A stretch of 63,065 bases of DNA, filler included, from Vannella sp. (Eukaryota): the NCBI GenBank assembly GCA_023345925.1. It is 5 parts of 5 records of this genome, joined end to end, with 100 filler letters (N's around TTAATTAATTAA, not from the genome) between each part and the next. Parts side by side here need not be neighbours in the genome. Positions count along the whole stretch, not along the records: positions 29,440 to 37,945 come from JAJQQN010000264.1; positions 38,046 to 63,065 come from JAJQQN010000980.1; 3 more parts are not named here. One strand, 5' to 3'. The notes under the pieces are model-generated. The model had not been told where the DNA came from. It saw nothing but the letters and a program-made list of their open reading frames with translations, and searched no databases. The translations under genes were made by a program, and so were the position numbers. The stretch's first letter is position 1. The number at the start of each line of letters is the position of its first letter. Shown here piece after piece: positions 34,564 to 45,100 of this stretch.

Positions 34564-35232
34564 ATGAGCAGCGCGCCAACTGAAAGGATCCTCCACCTGA
34601 CCCACGTGGTCTACCAGAAGGGGGACTACCTTGGTGCTGGGTTAGCCTTGCTGGGTTTGTTCCCCTTTGTGGTGCTGGTGGGTCTAGCGGTCCTCTGCTG
34701 GCGAGAGCGGGAGCTCCTTGACCACTTTACAGGTCTGGGCCTTGTTCTATGTGAGGGAGTCAACCTGGTACTCAAAAAGATCATCAAAGAACCTCGCCCT
34801 CTCGACTCTCCTAAAGGAGACGGGTACGGGATGCCGTCAGCGCACTCGCAGTTCGCCTTCTTCCTTGTGGCGTTCATCTCTCTCCTCCTTCTCATTCGCT
34901 GGCGCCGCCGCGATAGTGGTAGTCTCCTTCAAGTTGTACTGATGTGGGCGTGTGCCAGTGGTGTCGCTTTGGGCCGCGTCCATCATCAGTATCACACCCT
35001 TTCCCAAGTTACCGTCGGTGCCTTCGTTGGCATCTTCCTTGGTGCTCTTTGGTTCCTCCTCTTCTGTTTGGGAGATCCCCTCTTCCACAAGATCGAACAG
35101 AGCTCTGTTGGTCGCCTCTATGGACTCTGCCACTCAGAAGACCTACGAACGAGGGGTTCCTCTCGTCTGGAAGTGTACGTGAGAGCGTTGGCTCAAGAGA
35201 GAGAACAGGGAACGAAGTCAAAGTCGCAATAA
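34564..35232 (+). CDS. DOLPP1: Dolichyl-diphosphate phosphatase (PAP2 family)
   Basis: LTHV.Y..GD, K.IIKEPRP, YGMPSAHSQF and RV..YHT..QV..G, with several TM helices. Confidence 0.93.
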   Translation: MSSAPTERILHLTHVVYQKGDYLGAGLALLGLFPFVVLVGLAVLCWRERELLDHFTGLGLVLCEGVNLVLKKIIKEPRPLDSPKGDGYGMPSAHSQFAFFLVAFISLLLLIRWRRRDSGSLLQVVLMWACASGVALGRVHHQYHTLSQVTVGAFVGIFLGALWFLLFCLGDPLFHKIEQSSVGRLYGLCHSEDLRTRGSSRLEVYVRALAQEREQGTKSKSQ

Positions 35233-35262
35233 AGAGGCCTTTATCCAAGAACAGGAGACTGT

Positions 35263-35784
35263 TTAGGAGAGTTGACCGCAGTCAGCAATGACGATGGGCT
35301 GGACGGGAGTGTCATTGCGACCAGTGGGGGACTTCTCCATCTTCTTCACGAGGTCCATGCCTTCGATGACCTGTCCGAAGACGGTGTGCTTGCCGTCCAA
35401 CCAGGGGGTGGCAACGGTGCAGATGAAGAACTGGGATCCGTTAGTGTTGGGTCCAGCGTTGGCCATGGAGAGAGCTCCGGGGGCGGTGTGCTTGCGGGCG
35501 AAGTTCTCGTCGTTGAACTTGTTTCCGTAGATGGACTCACCACCGGTTCCGTTTCCACGGGTGAAGTCACCACCCTGGCACATGAACTGGGGGATGATTC
35601 TGTGGAAGGCGCTTCCCTTGTAGTGAAGGGGCTTGCCAGACTTGCCGGTTCCCTTCTCTCCAGTGCAGAGAGCGCGGAAGTTCTCAGCAGTCTTGGGGAC
35701 AACGTCAGCGAACAACTCCATGACGATACGGCCAGCGGGGGCTCCGCCGATGGTGATATCGAAGAAAACGGTGGGGTTTGGCAT
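35263..35784 (-). CDS. PPIA: Cyclophilin A-type peptidyl-prolyl isomerase
   Basis: [59 protein letters not shown] and WLDGKH; strong codon bias; intronless. Confidence 0.99.
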   Translation of the reverse strand: MPNPTVFFDITIGGAPAGRIVMELFADVVPKTAENFRALCTGEKGTGKSGKPLHYKGSAFHRIIPQFMCQGGDFTRGNGTGGESIYGNKFNDENFARKHTAPGALSMANAGPNTNGSQFFICTVATPWLDGKHTVFGQVIEGMDLVKKMEKSPTGRNDTPVQPIVIADCGQLS

Positions 35785-35796
35785 TGTCCTGTTGGC

Positions 35797-35829
35797 AAGT
35801 GACGTGGGAGGCGAAGAAAGGTATTTATA
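35797..35829 (-). promoter_or_regulatory. TATA box plus initiator of the cyclophilin gene
   Basis: Minus strand TATAAATA starts at 35829. The A of an Inr-like TCACTT is at 35800, 29 nt downstream, giving a 16-nt 5' UTR. Confidence 0.65.
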
Positions 35830-35900
35830 GGTTAACGAAAATTTTCGTCACAACTGCAAGCGGCGAGCTGAACCATTGATAAACCACGTTTAAATAGATA

Positions 35901-37275
35901 TTATCTGGTAAGTCCTTCTGCTGCAGCAACAGCAAAGAGGAACGGCTGCATGTTAGCGGGAATGCCTCGTTCTTGGATGCCCTCCATCGTGATAGTTTGA
36001 TTGCCCTCTTCGTCTTCGACTTGGAGTGTTCGAAGCTTGTCGATAAGGTCCTTGGTTTTGATTGCAAGCTCCTAAGTGACGTTTGAGGACCCTAAAAATC
36101 GCTACATCGCTCCCTTTACCTTGATCACGTCCAGGTCACCCATTGCTTCATCTTCAGAGCACTCTACGAGGAATTCTGCAAGTTCCTTGTGGAAGGCACC
36201 CATTCGGAAGTCGCCTACTTCCAGTGAGCGCTTGTACTCTGAAATGAGGAGAATCTCACCTTTGGCATGCTCAGATACGGTGATCGAGCGCTCATTCAGG
36301 TCAATAAAGAGATCGTAAAGGTTTGGCCTGTTCTTGATCTCCTCATCAGTGAATCCAGCACAGTAAACCCGAGCTCTCTTCAGCTCATCAATCTCAGAGT
36401 CATTCTGTGAAACTGTGAGGGATAGTGATTACTGGCATTCAGTGATCCTTACGATGACCGTGTAAGGGTAGAGAAGTTCCCAGTCCCTTCTATGCCAGAT
36501 GAAGAGAGGGAAGGATCTGATGACTCGAAGCAATGTGGAGGACTTGTCACAGAAGACAGCAACTCGCTTCTTCATCATCATCGCCGTCCACAAGAGGATG
36601 GTCTCAATGCCAAAGATCTTGATAATATCTACTGCTTGTCAGAGACAGAGGGGCGTGTGCAGTAGACTGACCCTTGATGGAGGTTGCGAGGAGCGCATCG
36701 CGCTGTGAGAAGTCTTCTGCGTCGAATTCGCCAACCTTTCCGGTTGTAAACACTCGCAAGAATCCTTGGAGCATGCTAACGGGGGTCCCCGTCCTCTTGT
36801 AGACTTCTGCAAAGAGTTTTGCGAGGTTTGCATACAGTTCAGGGTTGTAATCCTGTCAGTGATGAGTCTGGGGCCTGCAGTGGTGAGCGAAACTTGACGA
36901 ACCTTTGCAAGAAGACAAACGCTGAATACCTCCACGCGCCCAAGAGGCCCAGGGTATTCGATTCCTGTGTCGGGGATGGCGTCATCCTCGTCCTTTGTGG
37001 GCTCCTCTTCATGTTCGACCGGGCAAGTAAGGATGTACGCCCATTGGTTGTTGTGCTTGCTGAAGGTGAAAGGTGTGAGGTCCCCTGCAAGTTTCAGGCG
37101 AGAGCGGTCGATGAGGACAACCTCCGCCTCGGGAGTGATAGAAGGATAACTCCTGCATAACTGTCAACCAAGACCCGTCATTGATGCTTCTTGCATACCA
37201 GGTAAGCATCACATCAGAGTTAAAATCTCGTTCAATCACCCCAAGGGCAATCAGGGACGAGAGACCGCTTGCCAT
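35901..37275 (-). CDS. DENND10: DENN domain protein 10 (FAM45 family), multi-exon
   Basis: LGVIERDFNSDVMLTW|SYP, K|DYNPELY, FGIETILLWTAMMMKKRVAV, FPLFIWHR and C-terminal PFLFAVAAAEGLTR-TAA. Confidence 0.88.
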
Positions 37276-37355
37276 GAGGGAAGCTGAGAGAATAGAGGCA
37301 TTTGTCAATCAAATACGATACACTTTATAGTACAGTTGGGTCTGGCGTGGTAAAC

Positions 37356-37945
37356 TTATCGCTTCTCAATCTGTCGCCACTGCTTCTTGGACATCTTCTT
37401 CAGTTTCTTGCTGTTCGTAATCTGCGAAAGGAGTTAGTCCGGTTCAGTTGGAAGGTTGTGAGATGAAGAGAGCTCAGTGATCATCGCCAAATGTTTTGTT
37501 TCGAATCACTCAGTAAGTCATTCTCGTCATCAGAATCATCATTGCTCTCCTCATCTCACTGTCACTACGAAGGCTTACCTTCTGAACAGTTTCTGATTTC
37601 CGTTCGTTCTCGATCCTCCTTGTTTCGTTCTCTTCACGTCTCTTCTTCTTCTCTTCAATGGCATTCGCCTTCTCTTCCTTCATTTGGTTTTGGAGTTGCA
37701 AGATGCGAGACCTTTCTTCTCGAAGGAGTTGTCGCTTGTCCCAGTTGCTGAAGTTGTAGTTTGTCGTTCGTTTTTTGATGATTGCGGAGTGCCTGTACTC
37801 TGATCAGACCTTGATCGTTGCAAAAGAATGAAGGTAGTTACACACCTCTCAGTACGTTGTGTCTTCCATGGAACGGAGATGGGTATCCTTCGAACAGGTT
37901 TGATGGTATCGGGAACACCTGCGACCTTAGTTTTTGCCTTTGAGG
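37356..37945 (-). CDS. CCDC86: CCDC86/Cgr1-family nucleolar coiled-coil protein (5' truncated); hosts a snoRNA in intron 37422-37578
   Basis: PWK, NWDKR, RREENETRRIENERKSETVQK|ITNSKKLKKMSKKQWRQIEKR-TAA. Confidence 0.85.
37468..37549 (-). ncRNA. Intronic box C/D snoRNA, snR75/SNORD15-like (predicted LSU rRNA Gm2288 guide, yeast numbering)
   Basis: Box C AUGAUGA (37542-37536), guide GAUGACGAG, D' AUGA, second LSU-complementary element CAUUUGGC, C'-like AUGAUCA and box D CUGA (37477-37474), closed by a 16-bp stem with one G-U pair. Confidence 0.85.
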
Positions 37946-38045
37946 NNNNNNNNNNNNNNNNNNNNNNNNNNNNNNNNNNNNNNNNNNNNTTAATTAATTA
38001 ANNNNNNNNNNNNNNNNNNNNNNNNNNNNNNNNNNNNNNNNNNNN
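37946..38045. other. Artificial contig spacer
   Basis: 44 N + TTAATTAATTAA + 44 N. Confidence 0.98.
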
Positions 38046-38885
38046 CCATTGCGCAACGAAAGCTTTAGTTTGACCGTTGGAAAGAGAGCCAACCGTTCCC
38101 CGGGTTTTATTTTTTCCCCGGGTTTAAACACACACCCTATTCTCCCAATGATCCCATTCCTTCTCAGAGCTAACCTTTCCTGTTGCTTAATGAGTGAGCA
38201 CGCAAAATGCCCTCTTAAAGGTGTTTTTGGAACATCGAAAGTATTTCTATAACTGACTCTGTTAGATATTCAAACGCCCTCAACTTTGAACTGGAAACGG
38301 CACTGGCTTCAATGTTGGACCGATTACTATTGCCGCTTGCAAGATTGGGCATCTGAATGTTGGTGTCGAAGGAGTTCTAGTTGACGCTTCTTGGGTCGGA
38401 AATGGTTAAAACTTGTCCGCACACTCTCAGCATACCTTTTCATCCTGCTGCTCATTAACGCGTACGATTGGTTAGATCGGAGACGATCGCGAGGATCTGG
38501 CATTTTTGGAGCTCTTCGATGGGGGATGGAGAAAGCAGCCTTTGGGGTGGCGTATCTGGTGTGGAGAGGGGAGGGGAGAAGCACAAAGGCATATTCGGTC
38601 GAGGAAGACGCCCGATACCCACGATAGATCAGCATATCGTTATCCAGGGGGAGTTGCTGGCAGTGTCTCGCATTTCTCCTGGAAAAGAGCTTCACTCTAC
38701 ATCTTCTCCTTTCCATCGTGTCGTTTGGAGACCGTCTAACGGCCCAGACGGCCAAGTCGCAACCTTTTTCCTCTTCGGGCCTTCCCATTCCCATTTTCCT
38801 CTTCCATGACTTGATGCCAGAGCCTTGGAGGGTACTAAACGAGATAAGGAGAGAGAAAGTGTCATTCTGGAGGGAGCGGGGGGCG

Positions 38886-40593
38886 ATGGAGGTCGAGATG
38901 GACGAGATCCCGTCGGTAAACGATACCGAAAGCGTTCTCTTTCATCGGGAGAGCGGGATGCTGCAAACCGACGACGACACGGAAGGAGGAGAAGGTAATG
39001 CGCGGGTGGCAGAGAGTATGGGAGGAACCTTGCGCAAGCACCGAGCGAAACTGGTCTGCAGAGCTTTGTTATGCGCGGTTTTCTTTCTCCTGGTGGTTGG
39101 TGGTGTCACCTTTGTCTTCATTCCTCATAAGTCTTCTTCAAGTAATGATACAAAGCCTGCTCAAGCCCCCTCCTCTTTGAAAGGAGGAGTTGTGATCGAC
39201 TTGGGTTCAGGAGGATGCCGTGTCTCAGTCCTTGGATGGGATGACGAGCACACTGTTCAGCTCAGCCCTTTCAAAGGTCCTCCATACTACTATGCACAAG
39301 TCAGTGGGGGCATCGCGCAAGTTGGGGCTGAGAGAGTGGCGGCGAAGATGCGTCCGCTGTTGGAGTACGCCAACCGCGCCCTCTTGGCGATGAATCTGGA
39401 ACCTAGTGAGTCTCCTTTGCTTGTTTGGGGTACAGGAGGACTACGCCAACTCCCAAAGGAGGAGAGTGAAGCCATTATGGAAGTCATTGACGACTTGGTT
39501 CACCAAAACTACACGTTCTTGATGCCCGAAGGCTGGCTACGCATACTAACAGGTCAAGAAGAAGCCGCCTTTGACTGGCTATCAGCCCAACAGAGCCAAG
39601 TCATCCTGGGGCAAAAGGGGACTTCATTCCCATTCTCCCAAAGCAAGAAAACCGTTCCTCTCAGTCACTACTGGGACCTACACCTCGGTGTCTTGGACAT
39701 GGGAGGCTCTAGCATAGAAACAGCTTTCACATTGGACTCGCGCCTGTCAGGACACATCGATGCCAGTACATTTGCGAATGTCACTTTTCTGGGCAAGTCC
39801 AATCAGGTGTACAGCGTCTCCTATCCCAGTCTGGGACACAACTCTGTGGTGGATCTTTATAATGCGTTTCTCGTTCAGCATGATGACCGCTCTGACCTCC
39901 ACGTGGATAGCTGGTATGCCAATCCTTGTCTTTTAAGGGGGTACAGCACCCCCGGTACTCTCCAGGGCGGCGAAACTGTCACATTTTACGGTACGTTGAG
40001 CAGTAAAGAAGATCATCTTTATTCAAAGGGAAGGAACACAGGCACAGGCGATGTCTCTGCATGCACGGAAAACATTCGAGTAGTCCTCAATACCACAGCT
40101 CCTTGTCATTACAGTGGCCATTGCAGTTGGAACGGAATGTATCAGCCAAGTGTTGGAGTAAGTGATCCCTCAGCACTCTAGGAAATGACTCATTTGGTAG
40201 AAAACACCTTTTGTGGCGGTTACCGAGTTTGCCGAAGTGGCATTGTTCTTTGGATTGCAGGGCCAGTTCCCACTCCAGCAGCTCCTCCTGTTGACAACAA
40301 CTTTCTGTCGCTTACACTGGGAGGAAGCTACCACTCAGTACGAGTATCTGCACCTCAGCCACGAGACTCTTTCTCAATACTGCTTTGAAGGCCTTTATAT
40401 CTCCACCCTTCTCACCCAGTGAGTCTCTCTTCATAACGCACACGCTCTCACATGCCTGCTACATAGAATGGGCTTCTCTTTGGAGTCTTCCCAAGTGTCT
40501 TTCACTCAAAATATGATCGAAAGCATTCCCCTCAGCTGGGCTCTCGGCGCTATGACCCACTATGTGGAGACAGGCCGCTCTATGCTAACGTAA
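38886..40593 (+). CDS. GDA1/CD39-family nucleoside phosphatase (apyrase), type II membrane protein, multi-exon
   Basis: Apyrase conserved regions VIDLGSGGCR, GTGGLR, GQEEAAFDW, LDMGGSS and SWALGA; N-terminal TM helix. Confidence 0.92.
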
Positions 40594-40655
40594 ACAACTT
40601 GCTTTGTCGATTGGAGATGGTGGGAGGGCCTAACAAGTCATTTCTTGGGAGCGGG

Positions 40656-41008
40656 ATGGCAAAGGAGTCGCAGGCGCAGAAGCAGCAACTGGAGTCGGTT
40701 ACCGACTTTGTACAGCAGCTTGAGATGAAAGAGCAAGTAGAGAACGATGTTCAAGGGGTAAGAGAGTGTTTGGAAACACTTAGGGAGCGATAGAGAGCTG
40801 ATGGGAGGCGCAGGCGATGGAAAGGATCGCTTCCAAGTTTAAGGCGTGGGAGGAGGACAACAAGGTCGAGTTGGGTGCTGTAGTCAACTCTGATCATGTC
40901 AAATTGATTGCAGAACACATGGAACTCTCCATCGACGAGGCAGAAGACGCTTTGAGGCGAAACGAGGGCGATCTGACCGCCACCCTCACCTACCTCGTTG
41001 CTCAGTAG
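40656..41008 (+). CDS. HYPK: Huntingtin-interacting protein K (NatA-associated, UBA-like C-terminus); intron 40758-40813
   Basis: LESVTDFVQQLE and VNSDHVKLIAEHMELSIDEAEDALRRNEGDLTATLTYLV. Confidence 0.8.
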
Positions 41009-41091
41009 CCAGGAAGGGCCAGAAGAAGCATACAAAGAGCAACGTTTATCAATCTATAGAATTACAACTACTTAGGGTACAGGGGGGCCTC

Positions 41092-41892
41092 TCAGGCAGA
41101 GAATCTCATCAACCAGCGGTGGCGCAGAATCTGGGCCACGCTGGGTCGATTGGCAGGGTCCTCTTCAAGCATCCACTGCAAGAGAGAGACACCTTTCTTA
41201 TCCAGAAGTATTTCAGCGTGGGATAAGGTAACGGCACGAGGGAAAGGGGAGTCTTCCCCTCGCGGAGGAACAAAAGGGAAGTAGCCGGTCAGCATCACGT
41301 GCAAGAGGACTCCTAAACTAAAGACATCGGCAGCAACAACGTCAAAGTCGTCCCCGTGGAAGCGTTCGGGGCTGCAGTACTCGCGGGTGCTGATGCTGTT
41401 GAGAAGTCCATCGTATCGCACGCTCTGACTCCACTGGTGAGATCGGCTGAAGTCACAGAGCTTGTAGCTCCCATCACAGCCCAGGATGATGTTCTCCGGC
41501 TTCAGATCGAGGTGAGCAATGCGAAAACTGTGCAAACGTGAGACCAGCTGGCACACCTCCGCGAAGATCCTCAGCGCTGGTCGTACGGCAAGAGACCCAT
41601 CAGGAGAGTTCTCAACGATGTCCAAGAGGTCTCTCTCGCCTAACTCCATGACAACATAGCCGTTCTTCGAGGTAACAAACACGTCGCGGGTCGCCATGGC
41701 GACTCCTCGCTCCGAGAGAATACGGTTGAAGTACGCTTCGTTCTGGAAGATGTTCTTTCGCGCCTTTGTGTCGAGAGGGAGCTTTTTGATCGCCACTTTC
41801 TCCCCGTTTGGGGAAACGGCGCTCACCACTTGACCGTCCGTCCCCGAGCCGAGCACTTTGGAGTCGGAGAGGCTGTAGCCACGCAGGCGCAT
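41092..41892 (-). CDS. Minimal intronless non-RD Ser/Thr kinase (paralogue 2 of 3)
   Basis: 266 aa; LGSGTDG, VAIK, HLDLKPEN, DFS (in place of DFG), SISTREYCSPE and DVFSLG. Confidence 0.9.
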   Translation of the reverse strand: MRLRGYSLSDSKVLGSGTDGQVVSAVSPNGEKVAIKKLPLDTKARKNIFQNEAYFNRILSERGVAMATRDVFVTSKNGYVVMELGERDLLDIVENSPDGSLAVRPALRIFAEVCQLVSRLHSFRIAHLDLKPENIILGCDGSYKLCDFSRSHQWSQSVRYDGLLNSISTREYCSPERFHGDDFDVVAADVFSLGVLLHVMLTGYFPFVPPRGEDSPFPRAVTLSHAEILLDKKGVSLLQWMLEEDPANRPSVAQILRHRWLMRFSA

Positions 41893-42117
41893 CGATACAA
41901 TGATCCCTCCATGGGCGGTGTGGCGGACTGAAGCAAACGGGCCGACTTCCCAACTCGTTCACAGAGGCTTCAGCAAAACTGTCCTTTTCGGGGTCTTTCC
42001 CTTTGTCCCACACCAAGAGTCGCTCGATCTGTTTTCATTCCCGGAATCGCTTTCCCTAATAGAGACTTTCGTCAATTTTTCAATGAATGATATGCGAAAG
42101 GTCTTTGACGCACTTTC

Positions 42118-45100
42118 TTAAAGACAGAATTCTTGTAATTGGTGCTGTTCTCGGAGATTTTCTAGGAAGGAATCTGCGTATTCTTGGCAACCACGGAAAA
42201 CAAGCGGCCCGCAAAACTGTTGGACAGTTGTCTTCAGTTCGAAAAGGACTTTGTCGGTGAAGAGACCTTCGCTACCACCCAGGAAGATATTGGCACGGAG
42301 CTCATTCAGAAAAGCCCACACTAGCATTTGATTGAGGCGAAGTATCTTGACCAGACCGGAAGGTTTGAAGAGGAAGAGATGCTCAATCACATTCAGCTTT
42401 TGGAGTGTTCGCAGAGAGCGACGGAGAGTGAAATTGCTCCGCTTTTCATTGCTCCCCAGGCAATAGAATATGGCACAACGAACCGGTTGCTCTTGTGCCA
42501 CTGCCTCGAAGAGAAGGCTTATGAAAGGAGCTAAAGTGATGCCTTGGGCTATGAGAAGAGAGGGAACAGGAGTCGGATCTCGTTTGAGAGTGAGCGTCTT
42601 TTGGAGGGCCACATAAACAAAAGTGCCCCGTGATGAGTCTTGTCTGAGGCGATGGAGATACTGATGTGTTGGATCATTGCTAAGAGATTCTGGTATCATG
42701 ATAGACATATAAGCAGTGTGATACCTAAAGCTTGAACATAAGGGGAAGGAGCGGGGTTGAAGAATGGGGAGAAATCCGATGAGACGGTCCAATGACTTTT
42801 GTTCCACACAGAAAGTCGAAATGACATCGAGAATACGAATTCCAGGGTTCGCACGAATCCAATTGAGATATTCGGCTGTTGTAGACGCATATTCTTGGAG
42901 GATCTTCTCATGAGAGGTATTTTTGACAATTGTCGATAAGTTCATAAGAAACTGCCGTGAAGGCGAAGCTGTCACATCAACAAAGGAGGTGAATATTCTT
43001 GAGAGGCTCACTGGCTTATCTAAAGGCAGGAGAGTTGCATGAATCCCAGAAGGGACTTGCGATGTTGAGCGAGTCCACCGAACGATAGTTTCAGGAGTTC
43101 TAGTTGGAAAGAGCCGAAAGAACTCCTCCAGAACTGACTCATCAATTTGCGGGTACACTAAGAGATTGTCTCCAGGCAGATACGGCATTGTAGAGAGCCG
43201 TTCAAGTTGTAATTCAAAGGACGAAGCACTCAACGGAGTGGCTTCCAGAACGTCTTCAGAGGAATGCTGACCATTCACTTTGATTAAACGAGTTCGGAGC
43301 AACTGAGAATCTAACGGAGGTTGCACGAGAGAGATCATGTTCTCCAAGTAAATGCGTGAATTCTTCTCACTCATCTCTTCCATGGACAAAGTAGAATCTT
43401 CTGTAAAGGGCTGCAGGGAGAGATTCCTTGATATCAGTGGCAAGTCAATCTGGCGGGTATTCCGCCTTCCCCCTATTTCGGGAATATGAGAAAGAAGGGA
43501 AGGGAGTAGAGCAGTAAATAGTTTGGTGTAACTGTCATATTGTTCGTCCGCTTGCACATCATGTAAGAAGACAGGGCAGAGCCGAATAGCTCCAAGAAGA
43601 TGCAACGATTCGTCAATAAAGTGTGCCACTTTTTGATACATAGTACTCCACTGGCTACTCCCGCAGCCAAAGACAAAGTAATGTACATGTTTCAACGATG
43701 CGAGAGGCCCATTCTGTATAAGATGCTTCCGATTCTCCTTCAGCCATTGATATAGCTGCAAGGTATTACTCGATGGCTTTCCTTGATAAGTTCCCACGCA
43801 CAATCCCATCACAAGCAATTCAGGTGATTCACACTGCTGAAGAATCGGTAGGAGATCGTCAGGAGCATAAGGACTGTTCTGGATCCGGAATCGAAGTTCC
43901 TCGGCTCGTTGGGAGAACCACATTGCTGAATCCATGATTGCCCCACTGCCATCAATAGAGCCTGCCGCAACATAAAACGGTATCTCGCGCCTCTGAATAG
44001 AGCTCAGCAGCGTTGTCCAAGCTCTATTGGAGGAGCCACTAGCAGAGGAATCAGCCGCGCCTCGAGCAGCGGCAATAATTTGTGTGATACTGGCTGATCG
44101 AGATAATGGTCCTCGCTTCGATTTAGTCCTTCGAGCCTCGCCTGTGGTTACCCGGTGAACCAGTAAAGGACCTTCCGGAGATCGATTTCTGGTTTGGAGC
44201 CTCCTTGGAGACAACAAGGCCGATAGATCAGAGGGAAATAAGTTATTGCGCTCTTTCGAGGGCATCCGAGCCTCGAGTCTGATGGTGAAGCGAGTGATAA
44301 GCTCTTGTAGGATGGAAGAGGCAATTGGAAGACTGAATTGGAATCCACCGCTTTCGCCACCTCCACCCACAAGCCAAGGCATAAAAGAGTATGCCACAGG
44401 ACTTCTCTCTTGGAAGCGATAAGGATCAAAAGTGTTGGGATTCTCCCAATAAGTAGGATTCAAGTGGGTACCCTGCACAGAAACGATCACAGCTGCTCCC
44501 TTTGGAACAATATAACTCCCCAAAAGGGTTGCTTTGGTACAATATCGTACAACTCCAGGGTTTGGTGTCTTCAGTCGAAGAGCCTCTTGAAGAGTAGCAA
44601 TGAATAAAGACGCAGAGTTCTCTATGCTTGGTGAACTATGCCGGACCGAAAGGTGGGATCCAAGTGTGGCCCCTAAGAGTGATTGGCAAAGATCTGGGTT
44701 ACCGAGTGTGGGGTCAAAAAGGTAGTACGTGCTCCAGCAAAGAGCAGAGGAGGTGGCGCCGATGGAATGGGTCAGAACATATTGAAGAGCATCTCGTAGT
44801 AACACTAAGGGAGTCGGGCTCATGGATACACCTTCAGCTGTTTGTGTAGAAATCTGAAGGAGCATATTCAGAAGGTTGGTGGGAGCCAAGGGAGTAGAAG
44901 CAGCTTCCAGTTGCCGCTCGGAGATGATTCCGTCGAGAACTTCGTTGATTTCTGTGCGGCGCTTGCTCCGGGACTTCCGTTGAGGCATGGACTTGAACTT
45001 TCCTGTAGTTCGATTGGACTCTCCACTCGCTCTTAGGGCGCGATCAATCCTTTCCCAGCGAGGATGCTCAACCAGGTCGACTCCGAGGAAGATTTGGCTG

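Noticed and set aside
35272..35802. Long antisense ORFs over cyclophilin (also over ALDH at 10825-11667 and TrmY at 55746-56573)
   Set aside because: These are expected shadows of codon-biased sense genes and show no recognisable protein features.
35825..36067. ORF-track frame that would place the DENND10 stop codon inside the cyclophilin TATA box
   Set aside because: The conserved DENND10 C-terminus (PFLFAVAAAEGLTR) is in another frame and stops at 35901, so there is no overlap.
6768..38045. Four identical TTAATTAATTAA palindromes embedded in N runs
   Set aside because: Each is an exact 100-nt six-frame-stop linker added during contig concatenation. It is not biological, and adjacency across these points is not evidence of linkage.
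38046..38809. CCCCGGGTTT direct repeats at the contig start and overlapping short ORFs at 38327-38809
   Set aside because: This may be a transposon end and a small gene, but there is no partner repeat, TSD or recognisable protein motif in the window.
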